A DNA stretch of 64,000 nucleotides. It comes from Lytechinus pictus (Eukaryota). Made by a program: the position numbers and the translations under genes. How positions within the stretch are numbered: position 1 is the stretch's first letter; each line of letters opens with the position of its first letter. Location of the stretch: NCBI RefSeq assembly GCF_037042905.1, contig NC_087248.1, forward strand, positions 14,446,001 through 14,510,000, given 5' to 3'. The notes under the pieces were generated by a model. The model ran no database searches. It saw only the letters and a program-made list of their open reading frames with translations, and was not told the DNA's origin. Below are positions 51,871 to 64,000 of the stretch, in pieces.

Positions 51871-53274
51871 TATTATACCCTGCCACACTAATATCTATCT
51901 ACGTGAAGATGGAAGTGTGGCACTTCAAGGTATGTTCAAGGTAACAATAAATATTGCCGAAGGTTTGCAAAAAACCCATCAAAGAATGAAAAAAAAAGAG
52001 TTATTAGAATATTGAAATTGATTGTCAGGCTGATGTCATATCGTATAGTAAAAAAAAAAAAAAATTCACGGAAAATTGAAAATGGTTCGTTTGCCGCACC
52101 TTCAGTGTATCAATAAACAAATCATGTCACATCCGTTCCCAAAAAGAAAACAAAAATAAGTCATCGCAAACAATTGAAAAATTGAAATTTATGCATTATA
52201 TATTACAAACATATGGGACAGCTGCTCTTTGGCATCACAAATCCCAAACTTAAATTTTTTATAATATTTTCTCTCAAACCCCAATATCTTTATTTTTTTT
52301 TCTATTTTTACAATTTCTTCAGACGGTGAACTTCCCCTTTAACTTTCCACTGTTGCTATATTTTTCATTTTTTTTCGCAATGGAACCATATTGGAGCACT
52401 GGGAGGAGAAAAATCGAGCCCGCCCCCACTGCCCCTGCCCCTGTCTCTCTCTGTCTCTCCTCATCAGTCTCCCCCCCCCCCCCCTCTCTCTCTCTCTCTC
52501 TTCTTCTTACCCAAAAAAAATAAGATGTCTTTACAACATATGCCATGAGAGCTGCATAACGTCGAGTGCTCTTGGTCATCATAATTTAATCAATTGCCAT
52601 TTTCCGCAGCTAGCATACACCAGTTTGCACAAACACTCGCGTTCACTCAGCAAAACTGCTCTGAGGCATGGAGAAATTGACTGCTGTTTGAATTTCCAGC
52701 AAAGCAGCAAATTACGGACTACAAAAAAAAACGAGTTCGATTTCAGACAGGCTCCCAAATCCCTTTTTCAAATTCTCTATTATATATCTCATATCCTTGT
52801 TGTGTTATCGAAAGATCGAGGCTTTTATTTGGAAATGGGAAACCTCCTTGCTTTGGGGGTCATGACTCAAACCAGGTCCATGCTCAAACTAATTTTGTTT
52901 GTAGCCGGGGGATTATTTATTTTATTTTTTTTTTTTTATTCTCTTTTTTTTTTTTGGGGGGGGGGCTTTTTGGTATTTACCCATTCGCAAGCTAGCTTAT
53001 ACTTTCACATTGTATGACTGAGATACGATAAAAAATATGATAGACTTATGTATGTGTATATGTAGATTATTTTGTCAAATTCGTTCAATATGTATTTTGT
53101 CTTCACTCCCATGCAGCTTTCTTATGAATATATTATTGTTCCATCATTAGCTTCTTTCATTCCTGTACTAATTTTGCGCCTTTTGATTTATCCATTCATT
53201 ATTTATAATTTTCCCTCAGTAGTAATTCATTCATTAAACCAACCCGTCCATCATTCTTTTTGATATATGCTTAA

Positions 53275-53855
53275 AGGACAAGTTTACCCCAACAAATGTT
53301 GATTTGAATAAAAATAGAAAAATCCAACAAGCATAACACTGAAAATTTCATTAAAATCTGATGTAAAATAAGAAAGTTATGAGATTTCAAAGTTTCGCTT
53401 AATTTCGCAAAACAGTTATATGCACATCCTGGCTGGTATGCAATGAGGAGCCTATGACGTCATCCACTCACTATTTCTTTTGTATTTTATTATATGAAAT
53501 ATTCTAATTTTCTCCTCATTGTTAAGTGATACAACGATTAATTCCTCCCTGAACATGTGGAATTAGCATTGTTTAATACTATATTGTTCAGTAAAGTTGG
53601 TCCTTATTGTCAAATCTATAAAAAATGAAATATTGTATAATTCAAACAATAAAAACAAAAGAAATAGTGAGTGATGGACATCATCGACTGACTCACCTAG
53701 TTGTGCATACCACTGTTTTGTGAAAAATGAGCGAAACTTTGAAATGTCATAACTTTCTTATTTTACATCCGATTTTGATGAAATTTTCAGCACTATGCTA
53801 GTTTGATTTTTCTCTATTTATTCAAGCCAGCATTTTCCTGGGGTGGACTTGACCT
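53275..53855. mobile_element. TTAA-TSD MITE, copy 4
   Basis: Homologous to 7218-7800. Confidence 0.9.
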
Positions 53856-56800
53856 TTAATATATTAAGTCCATTCATTTATTTTTTATTTCAGTAATTTA
53901 TTTCGCCTGAATAGCTGCATTTCTTCCTTTATTCACTACTTTTTTTTATTTACTTATCCATTAACATATTTGTTCATTTATTCAAGTTCATATAGGGTTC
54001 AGGGCCGGGGTAGAAGAAATGTGTCATGCCCAAGACTGCTCGCATTTCGTACATTGTATCAATGACTAATCATGTAAGGATCATGCTTTAAAACCAAATA
54101 TGGACTTTATCTCTTTGTGATAAGAAATATAGGCCTATATACAACCATTGTTTCAGGAATATGGTGTTCTTAATTACCTTCTCACGTGCATATTTTGCAT
54201 ACTGATGAATATAGGCCAACATATTGTGTATCTAGTCATACTGAAAAGAATTTCAATATCGTCCTCTCTATACTTCAGAAATCAGTTGTGAGGAGGAAGG
54301 GAGCCTCCTTTTCTATGGGAGGATTCACTTTCAAAGAAATACATCCACCCCCCCCCCCGTCCCCATCTTCTTTCTCATTTTTTTCCCTTGCCCCCCTCCG
54401 TCCTTTCTCTCCCCCTCTCTTTCTTTCTCTATCTCTTTTATTTTGTCTTTCATTCTTTCTCTCCCCCTCCCTCCCCCCCCCTCTCTCCCTCCCCTCTTCT
54501 CTCTCTATCTCTCTCACACACACTGATTCCATCTCACTGGCATTCAATCGTGTCTAAAAGAAGAAAAAAAGACAGGATCAATTTACAAACATTTGGTTTA
54601 GCTCACAATTTACTTTGACATTATCATATATACTGCACATCAAGATGTAAATATAACTGTACATGATTATATAAGTTGCAGTGACAGGGCAAAAAACCTA
54701 ATGTAAGGGAACAAGGCATAAATAATACGCCCATAACACCAACAAAAAGTAGCAATTAAAAACAAAAACATGTTATTCATGTTCACATGCAGACCATTAT
54801 AAAATAATTAATAAATTACAAAATGTGATCAGAGTAAATTGCATTTCTTGAAATCAAAATGTTTTTTTAAACAATCATGAATTCAAGCAAATAAACTAGC
54901 CCATGAAATATCCATACAGCAAATATGTCCACATTTTTTTAGTAATATACAAATATTCATGCAAGTAGAGAGCCTTCCAAATTTATTCAATACACACCCT
55001 AATTGTTGCTGCTTTTGAAACAAACCATGTTTTGGGCTTGAGATGTATAAAGATTCTTTGTCGAGTTTTCACACTTGATTTTTATTTGCAATTGTAACCT
55101 TTAACAATATTTCCCTGCCTACATTTACAGATAAAGCATCACCAGTAATTAATGTAAGTAAAGCAGCAACATTTTTTTTTAATGTGATCATCTCTAATAT
55201 TTCTCTTCAACAAAGTGTGTGGTACAGGGAATTAAAGGAATGAGGATCATTATAAACATGGAATTCCTTGTGCATGGGGCTTTTAGGGGCCGTTTCACAA
55301 AGTAACATATCAAATGGTGAGTTATTAGCTACTGTGATAAACTACTGAAATGATTCCCTCTGATTGGCCAAGGACAAATTCCTCACAGATCATTTGTCAC
55401 TGATATTCTTAAACTGTATTTTTAAATACTGGTAGGGCCCTGGGTCACATAACACAATTCTTAGCAACTGTCCATATTTGATTACTATAGTCATTACACA
55501 CACAGTTGTAAAAATCAGTTCAATGAAGTCTTGTGTCACAGTCCCCTTATTATACACTGCAGCTTATTATTTCTGTACAGGATATTAGGTTGACACATCA
55601 ATATGTAAAGTAAATCTGGAATTCATGCTCCAATTGACAGAGAAAAAAGAGCTAAACTTAAAGGGAACACTAGCAACATTCTCCTTCTATGGGGTATGGG
55701 TGCATCTTCATCTTAACAATGATTCACATATAGTCTATGGTTACATATTAGCAATGATCACTTTGTAAAAACTCGGTATTTTGATTGAAAATATCTATAT
55801 TCAGCTCAAGAGCAGTGATTTCTATCATTGGGGCAAGCGGAAAGTGGGGGGAAATGATAGGAAGAATTGGATTACCACACAAGTCCAGACAACAATATAC
55901 CATTACCTCAAAAATATCACACAAAACCTTTTAACTTTTACATGATATTAGTAATATTGAACTGCACTTAAAACCACCTATGCAAAAGTGGTACCAAATT
56001 AAAAAAAAATACCACTTTATCATATTTTTCTGAAATATGATACAATTAGATTAAAATGTGTCATCTGTTTTTAAAAAATATCTTATTTACATCCAGGAAA
56101 GTGACGAAAACAATATTATATCAAAGGGATCAAACATTAAAAATCTGTAAATTGACACATGTCCCATTCTAGATCTCCCAATGCAATCATTCCCCACACA
56201 CAGAAAATGCTGCCTTGAGATCCCTTGCAAGTGTAAAGTTCCAAGTAAATGAAATAAAAAATGACAAGCAATAAGCAGCAAATCATATTTACTAGCTTTA
56301 AATGAAATTATGAAGAGTAGTTGAAAAATCTTTAATAAAAAAATCGAATGGGGAATCACATACTTACAGTTGCAAATGCATAGTTGCCGATTCAAAATGA
56401 CAATCAATATTTAACCAGTTTAAGCATAAATCCATGCATCATATCATTTGTCTTTATTTCAGAGGAGATGAAAACAAATAAAACTATACAATCATAGTAT
56501 GCGTATTTATTTTTGCTTCAGATTGGCAAATATAATGCATAATAAAAGTATAAAAACTTAAGTCATTTTGCAATAATTTCTGACCTGAACTATTAATCAC
56601 TGTAATTTTTATTTTCGGGGGGGGGGGTCAACTTCAAAATTTATTCAAACCCTTCACTTCTCTGTGTTCTTGAGTTGTTGGCTTGCAATGGGCAGATGGA
56701 GGGAATGAAATTCAATAAATAGGCTTGAAATGCTCTACAAAAACAATGTTTTGTACATGAATAATAGCAACACCTTTCAAAATCTAGGAAACAATATGCT

Positions 56801-59800
56801 TCATAGAGGTACATGTACATGTACATCTGGTTTGTTGACATCATGTACATGTAGTATTATAGACAATCTAGTATTTGAACTCAGAAGTAAACACACACTA
56901 TGTGGGTATATGTACATGTAGCTCTAATACAGGATAGGCAAGGATTGTACTTTTCTTTTAGTTTTTCTTTGTATCAAATAGAATTTACACATATCATGTG
57001 CCAGTAATAAAATCAGTATGATCATCAAATGCAATTCAAATTTCAATAAACTATTGAATTTAAAATTAAACATTCTCAACACTATATTTCAGCCTCAGTT
57101 TAATGAAAATGGAGCATTCTTAATAACTTTGACTTTCGTTCACAACTTTTATAAGAGAATCAATATAGTAATCTACATGTACATGGGGGGGAAAGTAAAC
57201 CAAAAAATTGAAAATGCATTCTTGTCCTACTTAAATGTAAGTCCTAAACACCTTCTAACAAATGAAATACTGCAGCAGGATATCATAAATAATTTGTCAA
57301 GAAAGACAACAAAAAGAATAAAGTGAAATAGATCACATCTAAAAAAATTACTTTCAGAGTTTGATGCATGCATTTTTTAACAGATAACAAGCAGCAGGTG
57401 AGGTAGAGAAAATAATAGTTTCAAAGGTATTTTAAAATAGAACAAATGCAAAGAATTCTTATCACTACTTTGTACATTTGTGTACATTTAAGCTGAAAGT
57501 AAAACTGACTGTAGGATGAGAAGCTGTTTATGAACTACATACAGTGCCTGTGACTCCACAAAACAAACTTCAATGCAAGCATTTTATAAGTTTCAATTGA
57601 CAATGTGCAGTACAGTATGAAAATACTGACTTTTTTTAAGACTGTCTAGAGACTTCTCTTTCTTTCTGTTCTGAGCAATGTAGCCTGTGTGACCATGAGC
57701 AGGGGGGGGGCAAAGGAAAAAACTAATTAAATTGGTAAAGTTAATGAGCTAGGTGTACTAATATATATTTGCCTTAGTTAGGAAGTGCACCCCCCCCCCC
57801 TTAGATGGCATAAAATATGTCAATACACAACTCCTCCTAGAATTTACCATTTAGATTAAAAATCATTGTGGGTATTAATTTGAATTAAGGAAGCAATTAG
57901 TATTTGTACATAATTGCTCTAAAACATAAGGCATATAAAATATATTTTAACCTTTACTAGAAATATTACACAATAATGAGTAATCCATCCTCATTTTAAT
58001 TTCAGGCAGAATGCCAAGACGTGATCACTGCTTTTGGATTACTACTTTGCAAAAGAGTGTAATCATACGTGTACCGTACTTGGTATTTTACCTCACATGA
58101 TTGTCTTCCTACAAGAGCTATATCTCTACGACATACATGTACGGATGTGATTTTTAAAATGAAATATAAGCATCCCATTTATATCAAGAGTTAAAATTAT
58201 CAAATTAGAAATTATCCTTAATATTCCTTATCATAGCAACATTTAAATCTACTTATTATTCACAATTACAACTCTAATACACATGGGGTTAAGATGGTTT
58301 CACATTTAGTTACACAGGTAGGCATTCCAATGAAATATACATCAAATTTATGAAAGGTTTAGGAAATTCAAAAAATTTCTGAACAGCCCAATTTCAGTAC
58401 CAGTTGAAAACAGAATTGCTGCAATACTGATTTTTATCATTCTGCATTTTGGTACATTACTACAAGTGCAATTTACATTCATGAGTATACTATTTTTTTT
58501 TTATCAATGTGAAAATTCCCATACCTTTTGTCCAGGGACCATCTGGTTCCAGTCGGCAATGGGTTAACACAGTCTACCTTGCATTGCTCAGCTACATGTA
58601 CTCACACAAGTTTGATTCATCAAAAATATCAAGTGGCATTTACATCTTTCCTGCTCTGTACATGACAAATTTTGAATAAATTTTTAAATATGAACCTACG
58701 TACATTATACAGTTATGCCCACATACGTTAACCTAAAAGGCAATAAGGTACATGCGAGAAGGTAGATATTGACGACTAAGGTATAAATACATACTTTTTA
58801 AGCACAAATACAGATCAACTATCCTATGGATGGTTCACGTTCAGTTGGAGCCAAAAGTGAAGACCTGGAATATTCCATGAAAATGCTCACTTTAAACAAG
58901 AAAATATGTTATATTTTGAGAAATTATTTAAGTAACCAGGGCAACATGAATAATGATCAAACAATCATTGATATCTTGCCAATAGGACCACTGATACATG
59001 TTTATTCAGGTGAAAAATGTGCTTCATAAAAACACTTGTTTAAATGCTAAAACACTAAAAGGTACATGTACATGTAAAACATTCAAAATTATTATATTTT
59101 TGCTCATCATTTCTCACCACAAACATTGAATATGAACTTTTCTAGATGTACATTGTACATTATGTGTAAAGCATTCAGTTTTTAATTTAAACTCAACTCC
59201 ACAAAACATCACCGGTCACGGTTGCACATTTGTTTAATTTCTTCAAAATATTACTGTCAAGAGTTCAAAGTTCTTGGCAAGTGATCATTTACAGGGAATA
59301 AACCGTTTGTACATTACTTTTTGCTCCAACTGTATGTATTGCACAATTTTCATAAATCATTGTATAATACCAATATCATTTATTTCAATTCATATAACAG
59401 CAAACATTCCCATTGTTAAATCCAAACTGAACACTTTCATCTTTAATTATAAGCATTACACCACTCTAATAACTGACATTAAAAATAACACTACTTGCAC
59501 ATGTACGTGCAATACAGGTTTATGACATAAAATACTAACACACAATATGCATTGTAATCATCATTAATAAGTACACGTACAATGCAAAAACCTATATGCA
59601 TCAAAAATTAAATTAATCTTTTCATCTTTTTACAAGGCTTTTAAAACATAATCATCAGACCTTTAATAAAAGACATGTACCAAGAATATGCCTGGCAAAG
59701 TGACATACACATACTCCTGGCTTCAATTAAAAAAGGATATGAATATAGAATATACATGGAAGAAGCTCAGTCACGGGTAACCATGGCATCTGGTTGGGCT

Positions 59801-61475
59801 AACTCACGACGCATATGCAAATATGCATACAGTGTATGAATGACATGTACATCCATTTTAAAATATAATTGATGGAGAATGCCTTTCTACTGAAGTTGAT
59901 GATAAAATTAAAATGGAAATAATAAGAATGCACATGTACACCAGGAGAACAATCGTGATGCATTTCAAAATGTAAATGAAAGGGTACATGTACATTAGAA
60001 TAATTCGGCAAGTTATTGCATGCACTGGATGGATACGTACACACTATACAGTACATCTGAAATGTGACTGGGTATAAATACTTCAAATTTACTCAACAGA
60101 ACATGTATAGTTTCAGAATGCAAATTGATAGCACAGGTGTCATGAACATTTCAAACTGTATTATGGTTTCTTCCATCTTACTGTTAAACACCACGAAGCA
60201 CTACTTTCCTTCATACCGCTGTACAGACTTAAATGGATGAATCGCTGTTTTTCTTTTTTTTTTAATACATCACAAATTGGACTACGCTTTTGACTGCGTT
60301 TACATGGATGACAAGTGAGCTGGAAAGTCTGGAATATCCACAAATCTACACACACATATTACATGTTTCTTTTGAAGAAACGTGTCAGCTCAATGGCAAA
60401 ATTTGCTGAAGGAAATTAAGATAGGTGTAACTAAATCAGAAAGCCACTTAATACTAGAGTATTCATTTCATGGTGTCAGGTGTGTAAATCTGGAATTTGG
60501 TTCGAGATGGATTTAGAAACCAAAATATGTACCAGTAGGCCTACATGTATATGGGGTTTTTTTTTATTTAAAAAAAAAACTTTAGATTATTTGGAACAGT
60601 TTTGAATCAAGAATTTGAATACAAAATGATCAAACCATCCATGGAATGTTTTAGTTGTCCATACAGTGTATATCTATTAAATTTTGGGGGCCATACACAA
60701 TTGTAAGTGTACATGTATAACCCCTGGTATTCATTTCCTGTGATTTAACAAAAATCCTCTTTTATAATTATATTCTTTTTCTGCATACAAACGTCAAACA
60801 TATTACAGTGTGTAAGTACTCACACTACCTGTACAGCAATGAGCAGGGTACCATTTCCTTCAAGTGGTTATTTTCATTAGCAATTATTTATCTAGGCGAA
60901 GCTATGACTGGGTAGATAAAAAGACGTACAGTTACTACATGTATAAGCCACTACATTGATTGTGGACCTACACACCAAAATAAATGTGTAGAAAAAAACC
61001 CCTAATACAGGTACAGTATGTACAAAACATAGCAAAATTATACTTCAATAGTAAATAAATGCAGTGTTAACCATTTGTATAACTTCAATTTATGAACTGC
61101 TAAATTTCCTGAATTTTCTCTTCCAAATCATATTTAAACATGTCTTCCAGTATAAATACATATAGGCCTACAGGTAATAGGAAAGATTCATAAAAAGGAT
61201 TTTGCATCATCATCACACACACTGTCTAAGTTTCTATTAACTATCATTTCATTATATGAAAGTATTCATAGAACATTCTTGACAAAATTACTACAGATTT
61301 TTCAATTAAGAAAAAATATATATACCGGTATACATTTTGTTTGATTTTATTTGCTTTATTTAGGGGAGGGGATATATATATATGTATTTAATGCCAGCAT
61401 ATAGTGCCTTATCAATTCACTCCATTGTTCATGAAATATTATTCTTAATCTTCTATTAAGCATTACAATAAAGAA

Positions 61476-61604
61476 TGCAATTTTGATGATTTTGCTACAA
61501 ATGGTTAAGACTGCTTGTTCATGTTGGTACTCCAATGAATGCAATTTGAGGATTTTTCTACAAATGGTTAACACTGCTTGCTCATGTTGGTACTACAATG
61601 AATG
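61476..61604. repeat. ~63-bp tandem duplication in the Rab39 3' UTR
   Basis: atgcaattt.ga.gatttt.ctacaaatggttaa.actgcttg.tcatgttggtact.caatgaatg occurs twice. Confidence 0.85.
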
Positions 61605-61680
61605 ATTGTATGCACACAAGTATAATTTCAAAACAAATTATTGATTTTTATCGTAAATAACATAAAACATAAACATATTC

Positions 61681-62113
61681 TTAGCAGCATATCCTGGGTT
61701 TTTCCGTAGGTTCTTCTAGCCGCAACGTTTCCCGTGGCATTGCGAATCCACCCTTGATGCCGTCCCATCCCTCCCTGATGCACAGGTCGCCTGCTTCCAA
61801 TTTGGAATAGATCTCTTTTGCCATCACCGAGAACGCTGCTTCGACGTTAGTGCAAGCCTTGGCCGAGGTTTCTATAAATTTCATCCCGTTGGCGAAGGCA
61901 AAGCGTTCGCCTTCTTCTCTGTGTACCTCTCTCATATCCTCTCCCAAGTCCGTTTTGTGACCCACCACCATGTATGTTGTGTTGTGGGGGTAGATAACGT
62001 TCTCCTGAGCTTCCAGCAGCCACTCCTGCAGATTCTCAAAACTTTGTCTGTTTGAAATGTCATAGACAAGCATCACACCTACCGAATTCCTGTAATAGGA
62101 TGTAGTTATTGAT
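61681..62113 (-). CDS. RAB39: Rab39 small GTPase, last coding exon (upstream exon lies beyond the window end)
   Basis: Acceptor tttcag at 62115-62114, phase 2. SIT.SYYRNSVGV.LVYDI, VGHKTDL (HKxD variant), ETSAK, the Rab39-typical EGWDGIK and a terminal CC prenylation motif. Confidence 0.9.
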
Positions 62114-63512
62114 CTGAAAAAAATGGAAAGAAAGAACAAATTATTTAAAGAAATTAAAATATTTGAATTAAGACCAGACATTTCAGATTTCACTTTTTTT
62201 CTCAAGAGTTCATAAATTAAAGTTTCTGGCACCAGGCATTGGCATTAATAAGGCATGGCTTAATTAAAGTTTACTAACAAAAAAAATACTTGAAATTACA
62301 ATCCATCACAGTTCACACTAATTTTTAACTACTATTAATAGGGATCCCAAAACGAAAATCTAATTTTTTAAATCTATGTTTAAAAGCATTGAAAAGTACC
62401 TCACCTGAATCAGCATATTAAAAAAACCCAAGTGAATGACTTTTAGTGTTCCAAAGAGATCTAATTATCTGTTAATCTGAGGCTAAAGTGGGTCCGAATT
62501 GTGACAGATTTGTGTACAAATTTCATTTTGAAATTTCGTCGACACGTATGCACAGAGCTCGGCACTGAACGAGGGATTGTGGGCGTGTCCTTTCTCGCCT
62601 CGGCCTATTGTTACCCAAATACACAACTCGAACGAAAGTGCGTTCACCGTCCCAGTTAGTCTCGGATCCGAGCTTATCCAAATAAACAATGATTAAATAA
62701 CAACAAAAAATAGAAAGAAGAGAAAAGAGAAAAAAAAAATGGCTCAAATGCAGTCGTTTGGTGACGGATAGTATGCTCTGACCTCTTGCTGATATAAGGA
62801 TTAGATATGACATAAGTTTTATGCCATGATAACTAAAGCATGGGGGGCGGGGGCACTGACTTTCAAAATAATAAATTCTTTAAACATCTATATCTAGGCA
62901 AGGGAGGGTCCAGGATTTTCCAAAGGGGGGAGGGCACTATTAGCGGCGGCAATCAAAAAAATTTAGGGGGGGCACCAAAATTTTTGACAAAAAAAGGTTA
63001 TCAAAGGGGGGGACCGAAAAAAAAAATTTAGCCCCCAAAAAAGGTAACAACGTCCCCCCATAGGCAGCGGGGGGGGGTCGTGTCTCCCCTAAATTTGAGG
63101 TGGGGGACAATCGCCCCCCCCCCTCCTAATTTTTTTGTCGATAACCTTTTCTTTTTGCTTGTCAATTTTTTTTCCTGCGTGCCCCCTAAATTTCAGTGGA
63201 CCCCCCTAAAAATTTCATGGGGTCTCCCCTAAAATTTGGTTGATAAACCTTTTTTTTTTTGGGGGGGGGGGGGCTTGTCACAAAATTTTGGTGGTCCCCC
63301 TCCCCTAAATTTTTTCTTTCCGTTGCCAATGGTCCCAACCTCAGATTTAGGGGGGACAGGGCCTATGGAGGGCACATTTTCCCGTTGCAAGTTTGATAAG
63401 CATTACAAAATGTTTTTACCAAAAATTCAAAGTCATTTCGTCCCTAAAAATTGACAAGCAAAAAAAATAGGGCCTATATAATATATATATAAATATATAT
63501 ATATATAAATAA

Positions 63513-64000
63513 TTTATTGGTTGGATTGCTTAACTAAGCTAGTCGTACAGACTGTTTCACCCTAAGGCTCATCAGCGACTGATTAGTATGAAGAACACAA
63601 TTTTGGGACAGAATAAAGTATACAGAGCATGTGCATTAGGGTATAACATTGGGTTGACAGAGATGAAAGGGGTTACTGAAGGGGTACATGTGTATTGTTT
63701 ATTACATCAGGGGTACTTAGGGGTCATTACTACATGTGAGGGGGGGGGGGGCTGGTGGGGCTATCCATATCCAGCAAGGAGGAACTTTTTCTTATGTCTA
63801 CAGGTAGATATGAGTTCAGTTCGAGAGTTCAAATTGTTGTTTCTGTTTGCTGTGATGATGAAGTATTTCTCCCATAGGCAGAGGTTGCAGCGTTTTGTGA
63901 GTGGAGAGTAGGGTTGTGCATGGCGTACGATTCTCCATGTTATCTTGTGGGGTGTGCCCTCATCTTTCAGTTTCCAGATATGCTTACTGAGCTCGGTGCT
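63513..64000 (-). mobile_element. Penelope-like retroelement, 3' end (GIY-YIG endonuclease C-terminus, 3' UTR, hammerhead, poly(A) signal)
   Basis: Minus frame 64000-63761 reads [49 protein letters not shown]...[23 protein letters not shown], typical of PLE endonuclease C-termini. A hammerhead, AATAAA (63518-63513) and a (TA)n-rich tract follow. Confidence 0.85.
63541..63580 (-). ncRNA. Minimal type I hammerhead ribozyme
   Basis: Minus strand AGUCG-CUGAUGA-GCC(UUAG)GGU-GAAA-CAGUCUG-UA^CGACU. Stem I AGUCG/CGACU (extendable by ACUAA/UUAGU), intact CUGAUGA and GAAA core, short stem II, quasi-palindromic stem III, GUA cleavage triplet. Confidence 0.88.

Noticed and set aside
52391-53017. 208-aa ORF and other 60-120-aa ORFs in intergenic or intronic DNA
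   Set aside because: Low-complexity or repeat-derived, often non-ATG starts, no recognisable domains and no coherent splice structure.

Overview
AT-rich, intron-containing animal genomic DNA. It is most likely an echinoderm (sea-urchin-like), inferred from the protein sequences and the MITE/SINE landscape. I rebuilt the spliced genes by hand with GT-AG sites and consistent phases: TAF13 (+, 4 exons), a C6orf118/TSNAXIP1-N-domain gene (-, 7 coding exons), CSTF2/CstF-64 (+, 9 exons, head-to-head with the C6orf118-like gene), an uncharacterised JmjC/cupin 2OG-Fe(II) oxygenase (-, 7 exons) and the last exon of Rab39 (-). An intronless RPP21 (RNase P subunit) ORF starts only 299 nt after the TAF13 stop, with no AATAAA/ATTAAA between them, which makes TAF13-RPP21 a candidate bicistronic unit. 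The window ends in a Penelope-like retroelement (GIY-YIG C-terminus) carrying a complete minimal type I hammerhead ribozyme, in sense orientation inside the Rab39 intron. A second, variant hammerhead-like motif lies downstream of the CSTF2 stop. CSTF2 has about 20 tandem [10 protein letters not shown] decapeptides where vertebrates have MEARA/G repeats. Introns, UTRs and intergenic DNA carry many non-autonomous DNA transposons (TTAA, TAA/CWG, TA, 5-, 6- and 8-bp TSD classes, one triple nest), a Helentron-type tandem-repeat element and tRNA-derived SINEs. Most short ORFs in the supplied track are spurious.
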